Below, piece after piece: positions 1-11,190 of a DNA stretch of 64,000 bases. Every line of letters begins with the position of its first letter. The first letter of the stretch is position 1. The translations under genes and the position numbers were made by a program. This DNA is from Nemertoderma westbladi (Eukaryota > Animalia > Xenacoelomorpha). The stretch spans positions 1,276 through 65,275 of the forward strand of contig JAUCBJ010004319.1 of assembly GCA_032718475.1 (NCBI GenBank). Reading direction: 5' to 3'. The notes under the pieces are model-generated. The model saw nothing but the letters and a program-made list of their open reading frames with translations. It searched no databases and was not told where the DNA came from.

Positions 1-28
1 ACGTGCAATCAAGAATGAAAACTATTAA

Positions 29-1164
29 TGTTCGCGCTTTTAGACTTTTAGCAGTTTAACCTGCCAAATAAATCGACTTTAGCCTAGATCAATTATTTAG
101 TGTACTGAAGTTACATCAGCCGAAGCCAGTCTGTGCGCGATCATTCACCCACAGTTAAGGGAGACTGGATTCGGATGCTTTGATAGTGATTGCGGTGCAG
201 ACCTACTGTATTATTCGATTGATCGTTACTATATAATCTCTGACAATATATTTACTTTCGGGGAAATATTAACAGTTCCTTTAGGACGTGGCGCTTTAGG
301 TATAAAAACAGAGTTATGACTTATACTAATCACAACTAGATGGCCAAAGAGTTTCGTAAAAAGCGCATTCTTTAGGAGATGCTTTATTAACCTTCACACT
401 ACTTCACACGACTTCACACTACTTCACACTACTTCGCACTGATCTGCCGACCGTCACTGAATTTGATCATATATAAGGAGGATCGCAACTGACACATGTA
501 GGGATTATGAAATAGCATTTAATTCACACAAAAACCACTATAATGTAAGTCGCAGTTGCTACCGGTAAACCTGTTCCTCTCACCTTCAGTAATCAAGAAG
601 ATTGGGGGTTTTATGATTATTCATCGGTATTCTCCAAATATATCAGCAATATACAATTAACATAACACCAATTTATAACAGACAGTATGTTATAACAGAC
701 AGACAGTGAACAGTCAGTATGTGTTACTTATGCAGTGTTCCATGTGCAGCAATGTTGAATTGTAGAATGACAAGGAGTATGATTCAGTGCTCCAGGTTAA
801 TAGTTTTACGTTCTTGTAATCAAAGCCATCAGATGTTTCGGCCAAAGTCTGAAACTTCCACAACAGAAGTACAGAAGATTTCTAAACCGGTTTTCTGGCT
901 CAGAAAGGTAAACAAAGACCGTATTGCATTGCGCGGTTTTCCATAGGCCCCTGTTCAACAAAAAGTGAAAATCGCTCTGATTGGCTGAGCAGAACAAAGA
1001 GGTTCCACGTCTACAGGAAATCAGCTGACAGATTTCGTCATCTGAGCTCCAATCTTTTAGAGTATTATGCGCATTGCGGAAAAACGACTTGTTATGTCCG
1101 CTAAAGCACCTACACCGTGCATTGCGGGGAAAAATGACTTGTTATGTCCGCAAAAGCTTTTACA
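29..1164 (-). mobile_element. LTR of a BEL/Pao retrotransposon (diverged relative of the LTRs at 52263 and 63698); probably the 5' LTR of an element extending left out of the window
   Basis: Starts TGTTCGCGCTTT and ends GCAAAAGCTTTTACA like 52263-53444, and is colinear with it but clearly diverged. The flanks (attaa / ctact) do not form a TSD. Bases 1-28 resemble the internal sequence next to the 63698 LTR. Confidence 0.8.
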
Positions 1165-3949
1165 CTACTGTTCTACTGGCAGACAGGTAGGCCTACATCC
1201 TACAAGCTTTAACAACAGTCTGACAGTGAACATTCCGGAATAATGTTTCATTTTCAATGTAAGGCCAGAAGGCAGTAAGGCATGTCGGTCTCGGTACCAC
1301 TGTCAGACAGTAGCAAGGACTTATACTGTACGCAATGACAAAGGTGGCATTGACTCATGGCCTGCTCTACTAACTAAATACTGTATCCTCCAACTCACTG
1401 CACTGTTACAGTTACGGTACTCAATATTTAGATATTGATAGGAAGACAACAGCGGTAGCAACATTAATAATTGCTCAAAATGTTTCACATCTTCTACATA
1501 CTGTACAATAGTAAGTAGGCCTACTGGTCGACTTTGTACAGTAACGCTTTCAAATAACGTCCTTATTGGATCCTAAATGGAAATAAATAACCTTTAAGAT
1601 ATCTCTTGGAATTTGCTTAATGTAAGTCTACCTACTGTATTTATTTTTTACGCAAATTGTGTTATACTGTACAGTTCTGTAAAGTTGATGTTCTGGTAAG
1701 TATTCAAAGGTTATCACTTAGACTTGTGAGAATAGATGGCACAAAATTGTTTAACCTAATTTAGCGATAAGACTGAATTATTAATACGGCCCCCTTAACC
1801 CAGCAACCCCCTCCCTTTCCGCTAATTTTTAAAAATCTTTATGCTATCGGTAAAACTTTGAAATATAGATAGGCTGTATGTACTCCCATTTTCAGGTAGG
1901 TGGGAGAAATTAACTTTCTCACTTACTTTGCAAGCATTTCCAAAAAGTGTTTCCTCAATATTGCACCGTTTGTAAAATCAAGAGTAAAATAAGAAGCAAG
2001 AAGTAAAATCAATTTATGCTGCTTAGTTGGTGCAGCAGTCTGACTGCCCTGGCATATTGGCATGGCATTAGTTGCATTTCCTCTGAAGCTTTGCGTGGCC
2101 ATTTATTTGGTACGCAGCAAACTTCGGCCGGAGAAAGCTTCGCCCTCAAAATGAGTGTTAGCAACATCGTTTACTGTATTGTTTTGGTTCGAAAAAGTCG
2201 TCTCTGTAACCTGCCGTCTATGTAACCTGCTCATGTCCCCCAATCGGGCGAAGAATGGACGCGGGCGAAGATGGCGCCAAACCATTTATTTACTCAATAT
2301 TCTTTAAATACAAAATTATTTACATAATTGATTGAAAAAGTAGCACTTCTCATAGTTGTGACCCGAGTGTATTTTTATACCGAGCGAGCGGAGCGAGGGA
2401 GGTTTACATAAATATGTACAGTATAAACGCTGTTATCAGAATAGTGTCCTTTTCACACAATGGCTGTACTGTATGGCGTACTGCGCGTACTTCATTTTGT
2501 AACATTATGTCAAATTATCGGCGTTTTGAACGATTAATAATTATATATTGTAAAGTTTACTGTTTAGTATGAAAAGTAAAATTCATATCCTTTTAAGAAA
2601 TTGCTTGCAGTTATTGTAACAACTGTATGGTAAATAATCTTACACTTACAGTAGAATAGGGCTATCATCGATGGAGAACACTCAATACATTTATAAGTTT
2701 ATTGTTATTACGTTAGTGAATACTTTGCAGCGTTCCGTCGTATAGGCCGCAACGCTGTAAAACAGGTAGTTTGCGGCGTTGCGAAAAACGCTGATAAGTT
2801 GGCATAATAATATAACAAAATACATAATGTTCTAGAATGTTTTGTATGTACGATGGCAGAGGTACGATAATGAAAATGGTGTGAATGGGCGTCGCCTGAG
2901 TCCTGAGTGCATTGGAGTGAGTATCACAAAACGATAGATCAATCTCATGGATACGTTAACCTGACCATTCTGTCAAATTTCCTTCAGCTGGGTCACAGAA
3001 TGTTGAATAATCTATCTATAATATTCGCCTGTACTACCATATTAAGCAAAAACCCGTATGAGTGGATCATCTTCACGGCCTAACTTTAGTGATACCCGAG
3101 CCGTAAAATATGTCTTCCGAATGAAGAAAAAGAGCAACAATGATTAATAATTCAACAATAATTAAACTGATTAGGCCCTACAGAAGTTATACTGTAGTCA
3201 GTCAACCTCAAATAAACATCAACAATGTTCGGTCAATTTAGATAGAGAAATAAAATAAAAACTTTTTAAATTACCTTTATTACTTATGATTATTTCCGCT
3301 AATATATTGTGTGTTTTTTAAACAGACTGACAGAGGCCGTAATAAATACTATTTATATTATCCCCCAAAAATTCCATGCCCCATTTTCTTCACTCTCCCA
3401 CAAACAAAACCCTTTTAGAATTGTTAACCTTCTCAGGGAGACAACACATTTATTGAACTGTTATTTGTTATTTTGTATTGTACGGATATTTTGTACTTGA
3501 AATTAGAATGTTTTAACACCTCCTTACCAGTATGCCTCAGCCGGTAGGACAGTACAGCTTGCCAGTCCTGAGCCAGTGAGCACTACACGCTACAGTCAGA
3601 CAGTATGCAGTACCTGCTGACCTGAGTCAGTACAGCAATGCAATACAACAGTAGCCTACAGGCTGACTCTGACAGTGCAGCAGTAGCAGAGTAGTGCAGT
3701 AGGCTAGTGTACACGAAAGTTGTTGTAATACTGCTTCCTGACTATTGATGTCTACTGATGACTACCGGTGCCGGTACTGGACTGACCGTATCGGCGTATC
3801 CTATGACGAGCTGTAGTGCCCTGCAGTGCAGCAGTTTCAGAGTTTGGAAAAGTAATTACAGAATTTCGTTAATGGGGTAGACGACTCGGAAATTTTTTTT
3901 AGAGTTTTCGTTAGTTTCATCAGTTCATGTGAAATAGCATTTGTCAGTC

Positions 3950-4267
3950 GGTGAGAAGTCAAAAATTGGACATGGACTTGAGTCCAAAATTGGACTTCGA
4001 CTCCAGTTCAAGTCCAAAATTGGACTTCTGTGAGTCCAATATTGGACTTCAAATCAGCCAATTGTTCCAGGGCCTTGGGTAATCTGGTAATTGCAGAATT
4101 GGATAGGGCGGGATTTTTTTTAATTGAAAATATATCAAAAAATAAGAGTTTTGAACAGGGGGACCTGAAATTCACCAGGGTGAACTTTTTTACTGTTTTA
4201 TAAGGCTTTGAATTTTTACAAAAGTCCAATAGGCTATTGGACTTTAAGTCCAATTTTGGACGTGACA
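3950..4267. repeat. Short MITE-like element built from repeated palindromic GTCCAAAATTGGAC motifs
   Basis: Several copies of agtccaa(a/t)attggact at 3957-4050, and inverted copies at 4223-4262. Confidence 0.45.
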
Positions 4268-4782
4268 TTGAGAATCAAACTTAAAGGCTGAAAGGTATAT
4301 GAAGCATGACAGATGAGAGACAGCCAGACAGCTATTAAGTTATGGAACGTTACCTTTGCCAGTTCAGCAGTTTGCAGCTCTCTGTATGTATCTTCAGTCT
4401 GTCAGTGTACACGGGTCCGTCTAAAAGCCACATCGGACCCAATCGGTACCACATCGGACCAAATCGGACCACATCGGACCACATCGGGGCCACATCGGAC
4501 CACATCGGGGCCACATCGGAGCCACATCGGCCACAAAATAGCAATTTAGGATGTAAATAACAAGTTCCAGCACCAACTGACCAAACTCGTATCAGTAATT
4601 CAGTAATTGTTAGTCTTTCTGACAACAGGTCAGGCTGGTAACCGGTACTGCACTGCAGTAGGTACTAGATACTAGAATATCTAATGCAGAGACTATTGCC
4701 CCTATTTATACAGTACTGTACCCGTCTGCAGGTATACACAATGAGCTTGGCAGTTATTGTATTTGTATATAATTATACTATA

Positions 4783-5862
4783 GGGTAGGGTACCCCAATT
4801 CCGGACAGAATTTCGATTTTTCCTTTATTGTAGCTCAACCATAGTTTATTCCAATCAAAAGATGACTCTAACAGTACAGGACATTATCCTACATCAAAAT
4901 AAAATCTTAACATTGAGTGCCCAGCGCCATCTAATGGGCGCAAATGGGCACTTTTTTTTACAAGATTGGGTTGTCCGGTATTTGGGCAGGTGCCCAATTT
5001 CCGGACAGAGTATAAATTTGTCTCTGCCTATGTCTGTTTGCTATACAAATCTATAGTTTACATTATAGAAAGGTGCCTAAAACCCGAATACATGTATCAC
5101 CATGCTGCCAGGGGGTGGGGGGTCTGTTCACTTGTCTACCTGTTTGTTTGTCTGTCTTTCCACCACTTAAAAACACTAGTTCATGAAAGTCAGAATTCAT
5201 ACAATTTTCCGATTTGCACAACTTTTTTTTGTTTTGAATTTCTAAGCAAGCACAATTCGTTAATGTCAATAATTTGTAAACCAACCTGTCATTTGTCTGT
5301 CTGTTCGTTTGTCTGTTTGTTCGTTTTTCTGTCTAGCCATTTCTATGCTGTATAATTTCTATTTTCTATTAAATTATATTTATCATTTCTATTAAATTTC
5401 TATGCAGTTGAAATTCTAAGCAAACACAATTTGTTAATGTCAGAATGTCAATAATTTGTAAACCAACCTGTCATTTGTCTGTCTGTTCGTTTGTCTGTCT
5501 GTTCGTTTTTCTGTCTAGCCATTTCTATGCTGTATAATTTCTATTTTCTATTAAATTATATTTATCATTTCTATTAAATTTCTATGCAGTTGAATTTCTA
5601 AGCAAACACAATTTGTTAATGTCAGAATGTCAATAATTTGTAAACAAACCTGTCATTTGTCTGTCTGTTCGTTTGTCTGTCTAATCAATTCAGTAATAAA
5701 AGTAATGCAATGCAGTACAGAGTACAGACAGACAGACACGTTACAGAAAAACCGCAGAATTCTTAATTTTCGTGGTACAAATTTGTGTTGAATAAGTGGT
5801 TTGTCCGGAATTTGAGTAGGTTGTCCGGAATTTGCAATGTCCGGAATTGGGGTACCTTACCC
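4783..5862. mobile_element. TA-target MITE (Tc1/mariner-pogo-like) inserted in the left fold-back arm
   Basis: 25-bp TIRs GGGTA(G/A)GGTACCCCAATTCCGGACA with TA on both sides. The opposite arm (~12091-12120) shows the empty site with a single TA. Internal ~180-bp tandem repeats at 5230-5680. Confidence 0.85.
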
Positions 5863-6023
5863 TACTATACTCATACTATACTATACTATACTATACTATA
5901 CTGACTGACTGATATATAACACATGCACTAGAGACAATCTTCAGTTCTCCAGTCTGCGGAAGGGAAGGCAAGAAGTTTGAAAGAGAAAACGTTATCAATG
6001 CATTGTTTGAAATAATTTGAAAC

Positions 6024-6251
6024 GGGGGGGGGGGGGGGGGGGGGAACTGGACGCAAATCCCATCTTGGCGAATTAATGTCCCGCCTCAATGTTATATTCT
6101 CAATTTAGGGAAAGGAGCAGGTTGCAGTGGCACGTTATATTAACCAAAACAATAAACTAAACACAATTATTATTTTTGATATTAATCATCTGTTATTTGC
6201 GTCGAATTTCCCCTGGAGAGGGAGGAATGTTTATTGCGTCCAGTTCCCCCC
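6024..6251. mobile_element. ~230-bp MITE with poly-G/poly-C ends (TIR G(n)AACTGGACGCAA); other copies at 9175-9416, 11710-11935 and diverged at 32693-32890
   Basis: GGGGAACTGGACGCAA ... TTGCGTCCAGTTCCCCCC inverted ends, with the internal sequence shared among copies. Confidence 0.65.
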
Positions 6252-6769
6252 AAGTTCCAAGCCAGACTCAAAAGGTACCAGCCCGGACCAAAGCTACTGG
6301 TCGCAATCAGCACCGATGTGGCTCCGATGTGGCACCAATTTGGTCCGAATTGGTAGTGATTTTCTTATTATTTTGGTTAATGCAACATACATGTAACTGT
6401 AAGCGTAACGTGTTATTTTACTTTAGTTTGTTTTATTTATTTATGTTTATTAATTTGGCATAATGATATAATGTAATACCAAAAAAATTACCAACATCTA
6501 GGAGGAGAAGAGTGTTTTGTACGCTTGATGACAATTGAATTCCCAATAGACTGTATGGTTTAAGAATTGCATGGAGTTTTATAACCGAACATCTAATTGT
6601 CAATCGAAAGAGACATTGTAGTAACACGATATGCGATCCGAGGATTCAATCATGCAACATATTCTTCCACCAATCGGAATGGACTGTGTGGAGTCGTCTG
6701 GGATCTCTGGATCATGTGCGGTACCGATTAGGTCTGACTGGGTCTGATGTGGTAGCGATTAGGTTCGAT

Positions 6770-7090
6770 GTGAACCCGATTGGGTCCGATGTGGTACCGA
6801 TTTGGTCTGATGTGGTACCCATTTGGTCCAATGTGGTACCCATATGGTCCGATATGTTACCCATTTGATCCGATGTGGTACCGATTTGGTCCAATGTGGT
6901 TCCGATTTGGTCCGATGTGGTACCGATGTGGTACCGATTGGGTCCGATGTGGTACCGATTGGGTCCGATGTGGTACCCATAAGGTCCGATGTGATACCGA
7001 TTTGGTCCGATTTGGTACCGATTGGGTCCGATGTGGTGCCGATTTGTTCCAATGTGGTACCAATGTGGTACCGATTGGGTCCGATGTGGC
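6770..7090. repeat. 21-bp (10/11-bp subunit) minisatellite GATTGGGTCCGATGTGGTACC, subterminal repeat of the fold-back element
   Basis: Directly visible; it accounts for the repetitive GPMWYRL/SDVVPIG ORFs. Confidence 0.9.
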
Positions 7091-7106
7091 TTTTAGACGG
7101 ACTTTT

Positions 7107-7650
7107 CATCCACCCCTAATAACGCTTAGTGTTCTGTTCAGTTGCCGCACAGACCATCCATCCACCCCTAATAACGGTTAGTGTTCTGTTCAGTTGCCGC
7201 ACAGACCATCCACCCCTAATAACGGTTAGTGTTCTGTTCAGTTGCCGCACAGACCATTCATCCACCCCTAATAACGGTTCGTGTTCTGTTTAGTTGCCGC
7301 ACAGACCATCCACCCCTAATAACGGTTAGTGTTCTGTTCAGTTGCCGCACAGACCATTCATCCACCCCTAATAACGGTTAGTGTTCTGTTCAGTTGCCGC
7401 ACAGACCATCCACCCCTAATAACGGTTAGTGTTCTGTTCAGTTGCCGCACAGACCATTCATCCACCCCTAATAACGGTTAGTGTTCTGTTCAGTTGCCGC
7501 ACAGACCATTCATCCACCCCTAATAACGCTTAGTGTTCTGTTCAGTTGCCGCACAGACCATCCATTCCACCCTAATAAAGGTCAGTGTTCTGTTCAGTTG
7601 CCGCACAGACCATCCATCCACCCCTAAAAATGGTTAGTGTTCTGTTCAGA
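7107..7650. repeat. 48/52-bp tandem repeat, ~11 copies
   Basis: Unit CATCCACCCCTAATAACGGTTAGTGTTCTGTTCAGTTGCCGCACAGAC, with or without 4 extra bases. Confidence 0.95.
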
Positions 7651-8124
7651 GGCTTCCACTCAAATGCCTGCTTAAATAGGTGGTTCGCAGATATTCGCAG
7701 GTGGATAGGGAGTCGAAATGGTTCATGTAAAGAATAACATACTGCATTATAATAATTGGGAAATGAAACTATAAAAAGTAACTATAATAATTTGTACAGT
7801 AGTAAGTCTAGGGCCCTGCCATACTATGCTAATCGATGTCGTATACTATACTGTATGTCTCTGTGACGGGTGCGACCCGGCACACAATAGAAGCATCTCA
7901 ATAATCGAAACATTGCTTCTATGATACGAAAATATACACTGCTACATAAGCTTTTGTAAGCAAAATACTCATACTGTAAATAAATATACAGTACTGTAAA
8001 TCCAAGATAAAGTGTGCAATAGCAATGCAACAGTTGTCTCGTTTGCCAAGAACATTGACAGAGTCTAGGATCAGCTAAGTTGCCTAAGTTTGCCATGGTT
8101 TAAGACAATCTTGGTCGTTTTTGT

Positions 8125-8275
8125 GGTCATTCAAGGTCGATAAAATGCGGACCAGTTGACTTACTTGGAGCAAAACTTGGGAAAGGAGAAGCGCCCACCC
8201 ACCCCCACCTTCGGGTTGCAGCAATTGAAAGAGGAGAATTCGGGACGCCTCCATCCTCGGCCGACTGTTAGCTTG
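8125..8275 (+). mobile_element. 5'-truncated copy of the Nin/Deu-domain SINE found at 30820-31055
   Basis: GGTCGATAAAATG...GGAGCAAA-CTTGGGA...GCGCCCACCC...GAAAGAGGAG..TTCGGG.CGCCTCC...TCGGCCGACTGTT is shared with the minus-strand copy. Confidence 0.7.
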
Positions 8276-8336
8276 ATATTCTATACAGTAGTGTATCTTC
8301 ATTGAGTTCATTCCGTTTGGATTATTGCTTAGAGAG

Positions 8337-8374
8337 CTACTACTACGATCGGCATGCTGCATTGCAGCTGCATT
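8337..8374 (-). mobile_element. Extreme 3' tail of the RTE-type LINE found at 27548-27953
   Basis: The reverse complement AATGCAGCTGCAATGCAGCATGCCGATCGTAGTAGTAG closely matches 27914-27951. Confidence 0.7.
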
Positions 8375-9549
8375 ATATATATTACATATATATTAAGAAT
8401 GCTGTTCAGGTTTGTCGACAGAATTGCCCCGCCACAACTCCCTTTCACCCATGACATTTGTGTAATGGATTTCTCGTGCTCCTTGGCACGATAAGCTCAT
8501 AAAACGGATTTGAATCTCAAAAAGGTTCCAGGTTTTACTAAGCGAGGCTTTACCTCGCTTAGTGTTTTGGTTTTCCGGCTAACGTAAAATATTTTCCGCT
8601 AGAACATGGTCCTTCAATGACTTGTTATTTACGGACATCCACAACATTTTAGTATAGTACAAAAACACAGTGATTTTCTGTTCTTCCCAAGTAGTACTGT
8701 ATATTGCTTCCTTCTGACATATAAAAAATAGTGTACTGTAACACCATAGAAAAACCTCTGGGATGAGGAAAAGGTAGAAACCGGGTGCTTTGGGTCCGTT
8801 TAGCGAAGTATACATTATGGGACAAATCCAAGTTCAATAAAGTAAAAATTAAATAATAATGAATGACCAGGACGTAGGAACCATTATTAACATACTTTTG
8901 TGAAAGTATCACTTACACACAATAAAATCCATCAACATAGTTTAATATTAACTTAACATACAGTATACACGATATAAAACAAGTCCAATATCAATTAATT
9001 ACAATATTAGTAAATATGTACTGAAAGTATGCAATATACTGATATACAATGTAAAATAAGTACCTAGAATAGTGATCGTAAAATACACAAAATAAATTAA
9101 AATAAGTGTGTAGGATAGATAATGATATGTATTTGTACCAATGTATCAATGCATTGTTTGAAATAATTTGAAACGGGGGGGGGGGGGGGGGGGGGGGGGG
9201 CTGGACGCAAATCCCATCTTGGCGAATTAATATCCCGCCTCAATGTTATATTCCCAATTTAGGGAAATGAGCAGGTTGCAGTGGCACGTTATATTAACCA
9301 AAACAATAAACAACACACAATTATTATTTTTGATATTAATCATCTGTTATTTGCGTCGAATTTCCCCTGGAGAGGGAGGAATGTTTATTGCGTCCAGTTC
9401 CCCCCCCCCCCCCCCCTATCTGAATAATTTTGAGCTGAGCAAATATGTAGTACCACACCTTTGGCTGAGAGTTAGTGAAGCCTTTGATGCTGTTATTCTG
9501 ATGTTCTGTTATCTGGTTATGTTCCAACTTTAAACGTTAACAACGTTCA

Positions 9550-11190
9550 TACATCGGTCCCAATCGGTACCACATCGGACCAAATCGGTACCACATCGGA
9601 CCTAATGGGTACGAAATCGGACCCAATCGGTACCACATCGGACCAAATCGGTACCACATCGGGCCCAATCGGTACCACATCGGACCAAATCGGTACCACA
9701 TCGGTCCTAATGGGTACCACATCGGACCCAATCGGTACCACATCGGACCCAAACGGTACCTCATCGGACCCAATCGGTACCACATTGGACCAAATCGGTA
9801 CCACATCGGATCAAATGGGTACCATATCGGACCATATGGGTACAAGATCGGACCAAATGGGTACCACATTGGACCAAATGGGTACCACATCGGACCCAAT
9901 CGGTACCACATTGGTACCACATTGGAACAAATCGGCACCACATCGGACCCAATCGGTACCAAATCGGACCAAATCGGTATCACATCGGACCTTATGGGTA
10001 CCACATCGGACCCAATCGGTACCACATCGGTTCCACATCGGACCAAATCGGAACCACATTGGACCAAATCGGATCAAATGGGTACCATATCGGACCATAT
10101 GGGTACCACATCGGACCAAATGAGTACCACATTGGACCAAATGGGTACCACATCAGACCAAATCGGTACCACATCGGACCCAATCGGGTTCACATCGAAC
10201 CTAATCGCTACCACATCAGACCCGGTCAGACCTAATCGGTACCGCACATGATCCAGAGATCCCAGACGACTCCACAGTCCATTCCGATTGGTGGAAGAAT
10301 ATGTTGCATGATTGAATCCTCGGATCGCATATCGTGTTACTACAATGTCTCTTTCGATTGACAGTTAGATGTTCGGTGATAAAACACCATGGCATTCATA
10401 AACCATACAGTCTATTGGGAATTCAAATGTCATCAAGAGTACAAAATACTCTTCTCCTAGATGTTGATATTTTTTGGGTATTACAGTATATCATTATGCC
10501 AAATTATTAAACATTAATAAACTGACAAATAAACGAAATATATAAAAGAACAGGTTGCGCTTACAGTTACATGTATGCTGCATTAACCAAAATAATATGA
10601 AAATCAGTACCACATCGGACCCAATCGGTACCACATTGGAACAAATCGGCACCACATCGGACCCAATCGGTACCAAATCGGACCAAATCGGTATCACATC
10701 GGACCTTATGGGTACCACATCGGACCCAATCGGTACCACATCGGACCCAATCGGTACCACATCGGACCAAATCGGTACCACATTGGACCAAATCGGTACC
10801 ACATCGGATCAAATGGGTACCATATCGGACCATATGGGTACAACATCGGACCAAATGGGTACCACATTGGACCAAATGGGTACCACATCGGACCCAATCG
10901 GTACCACATTGGTACCACATTGGAACAAATCGGCACCACATCGGACCCAATCGGTACCAAATCGGACCAAATCGGTATCACATCGGACCTTATGGGTACC
11001 ACATCGGACCCAATCGGTACCACATCGGACCCAATCGGTACCACATCGGACCAAATCGGAACCACATTGGACCAAATCGGAACCACATCGGATCAAATGG
11101 GTAACATATCGGACCATATGGGTACCACATTGGACTAAATGGGTACCACATCAGACCAAATCGGTACCACATCGGACCCAATCGGGTTCA
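9550..11190. repeat. Two blocks (9550-10190 and 10607-11190) of the 21-bp GGTACCACATCGGACCCAATC minisatellite, separated by an older diverged arm copy
   Basis: Reverse complement of the 6770-7090 array. 10190-10600 is a diverged duplicate of 11185-11600. Confidence 0.9.

Noticed and set aside
2836-3150. Possible small exons (tag|AATGTT...GGA|gtgagt) of a degraded gene or transposase
   Set aside because: Too short, stops follow, and no motif is recognisable with confidence.
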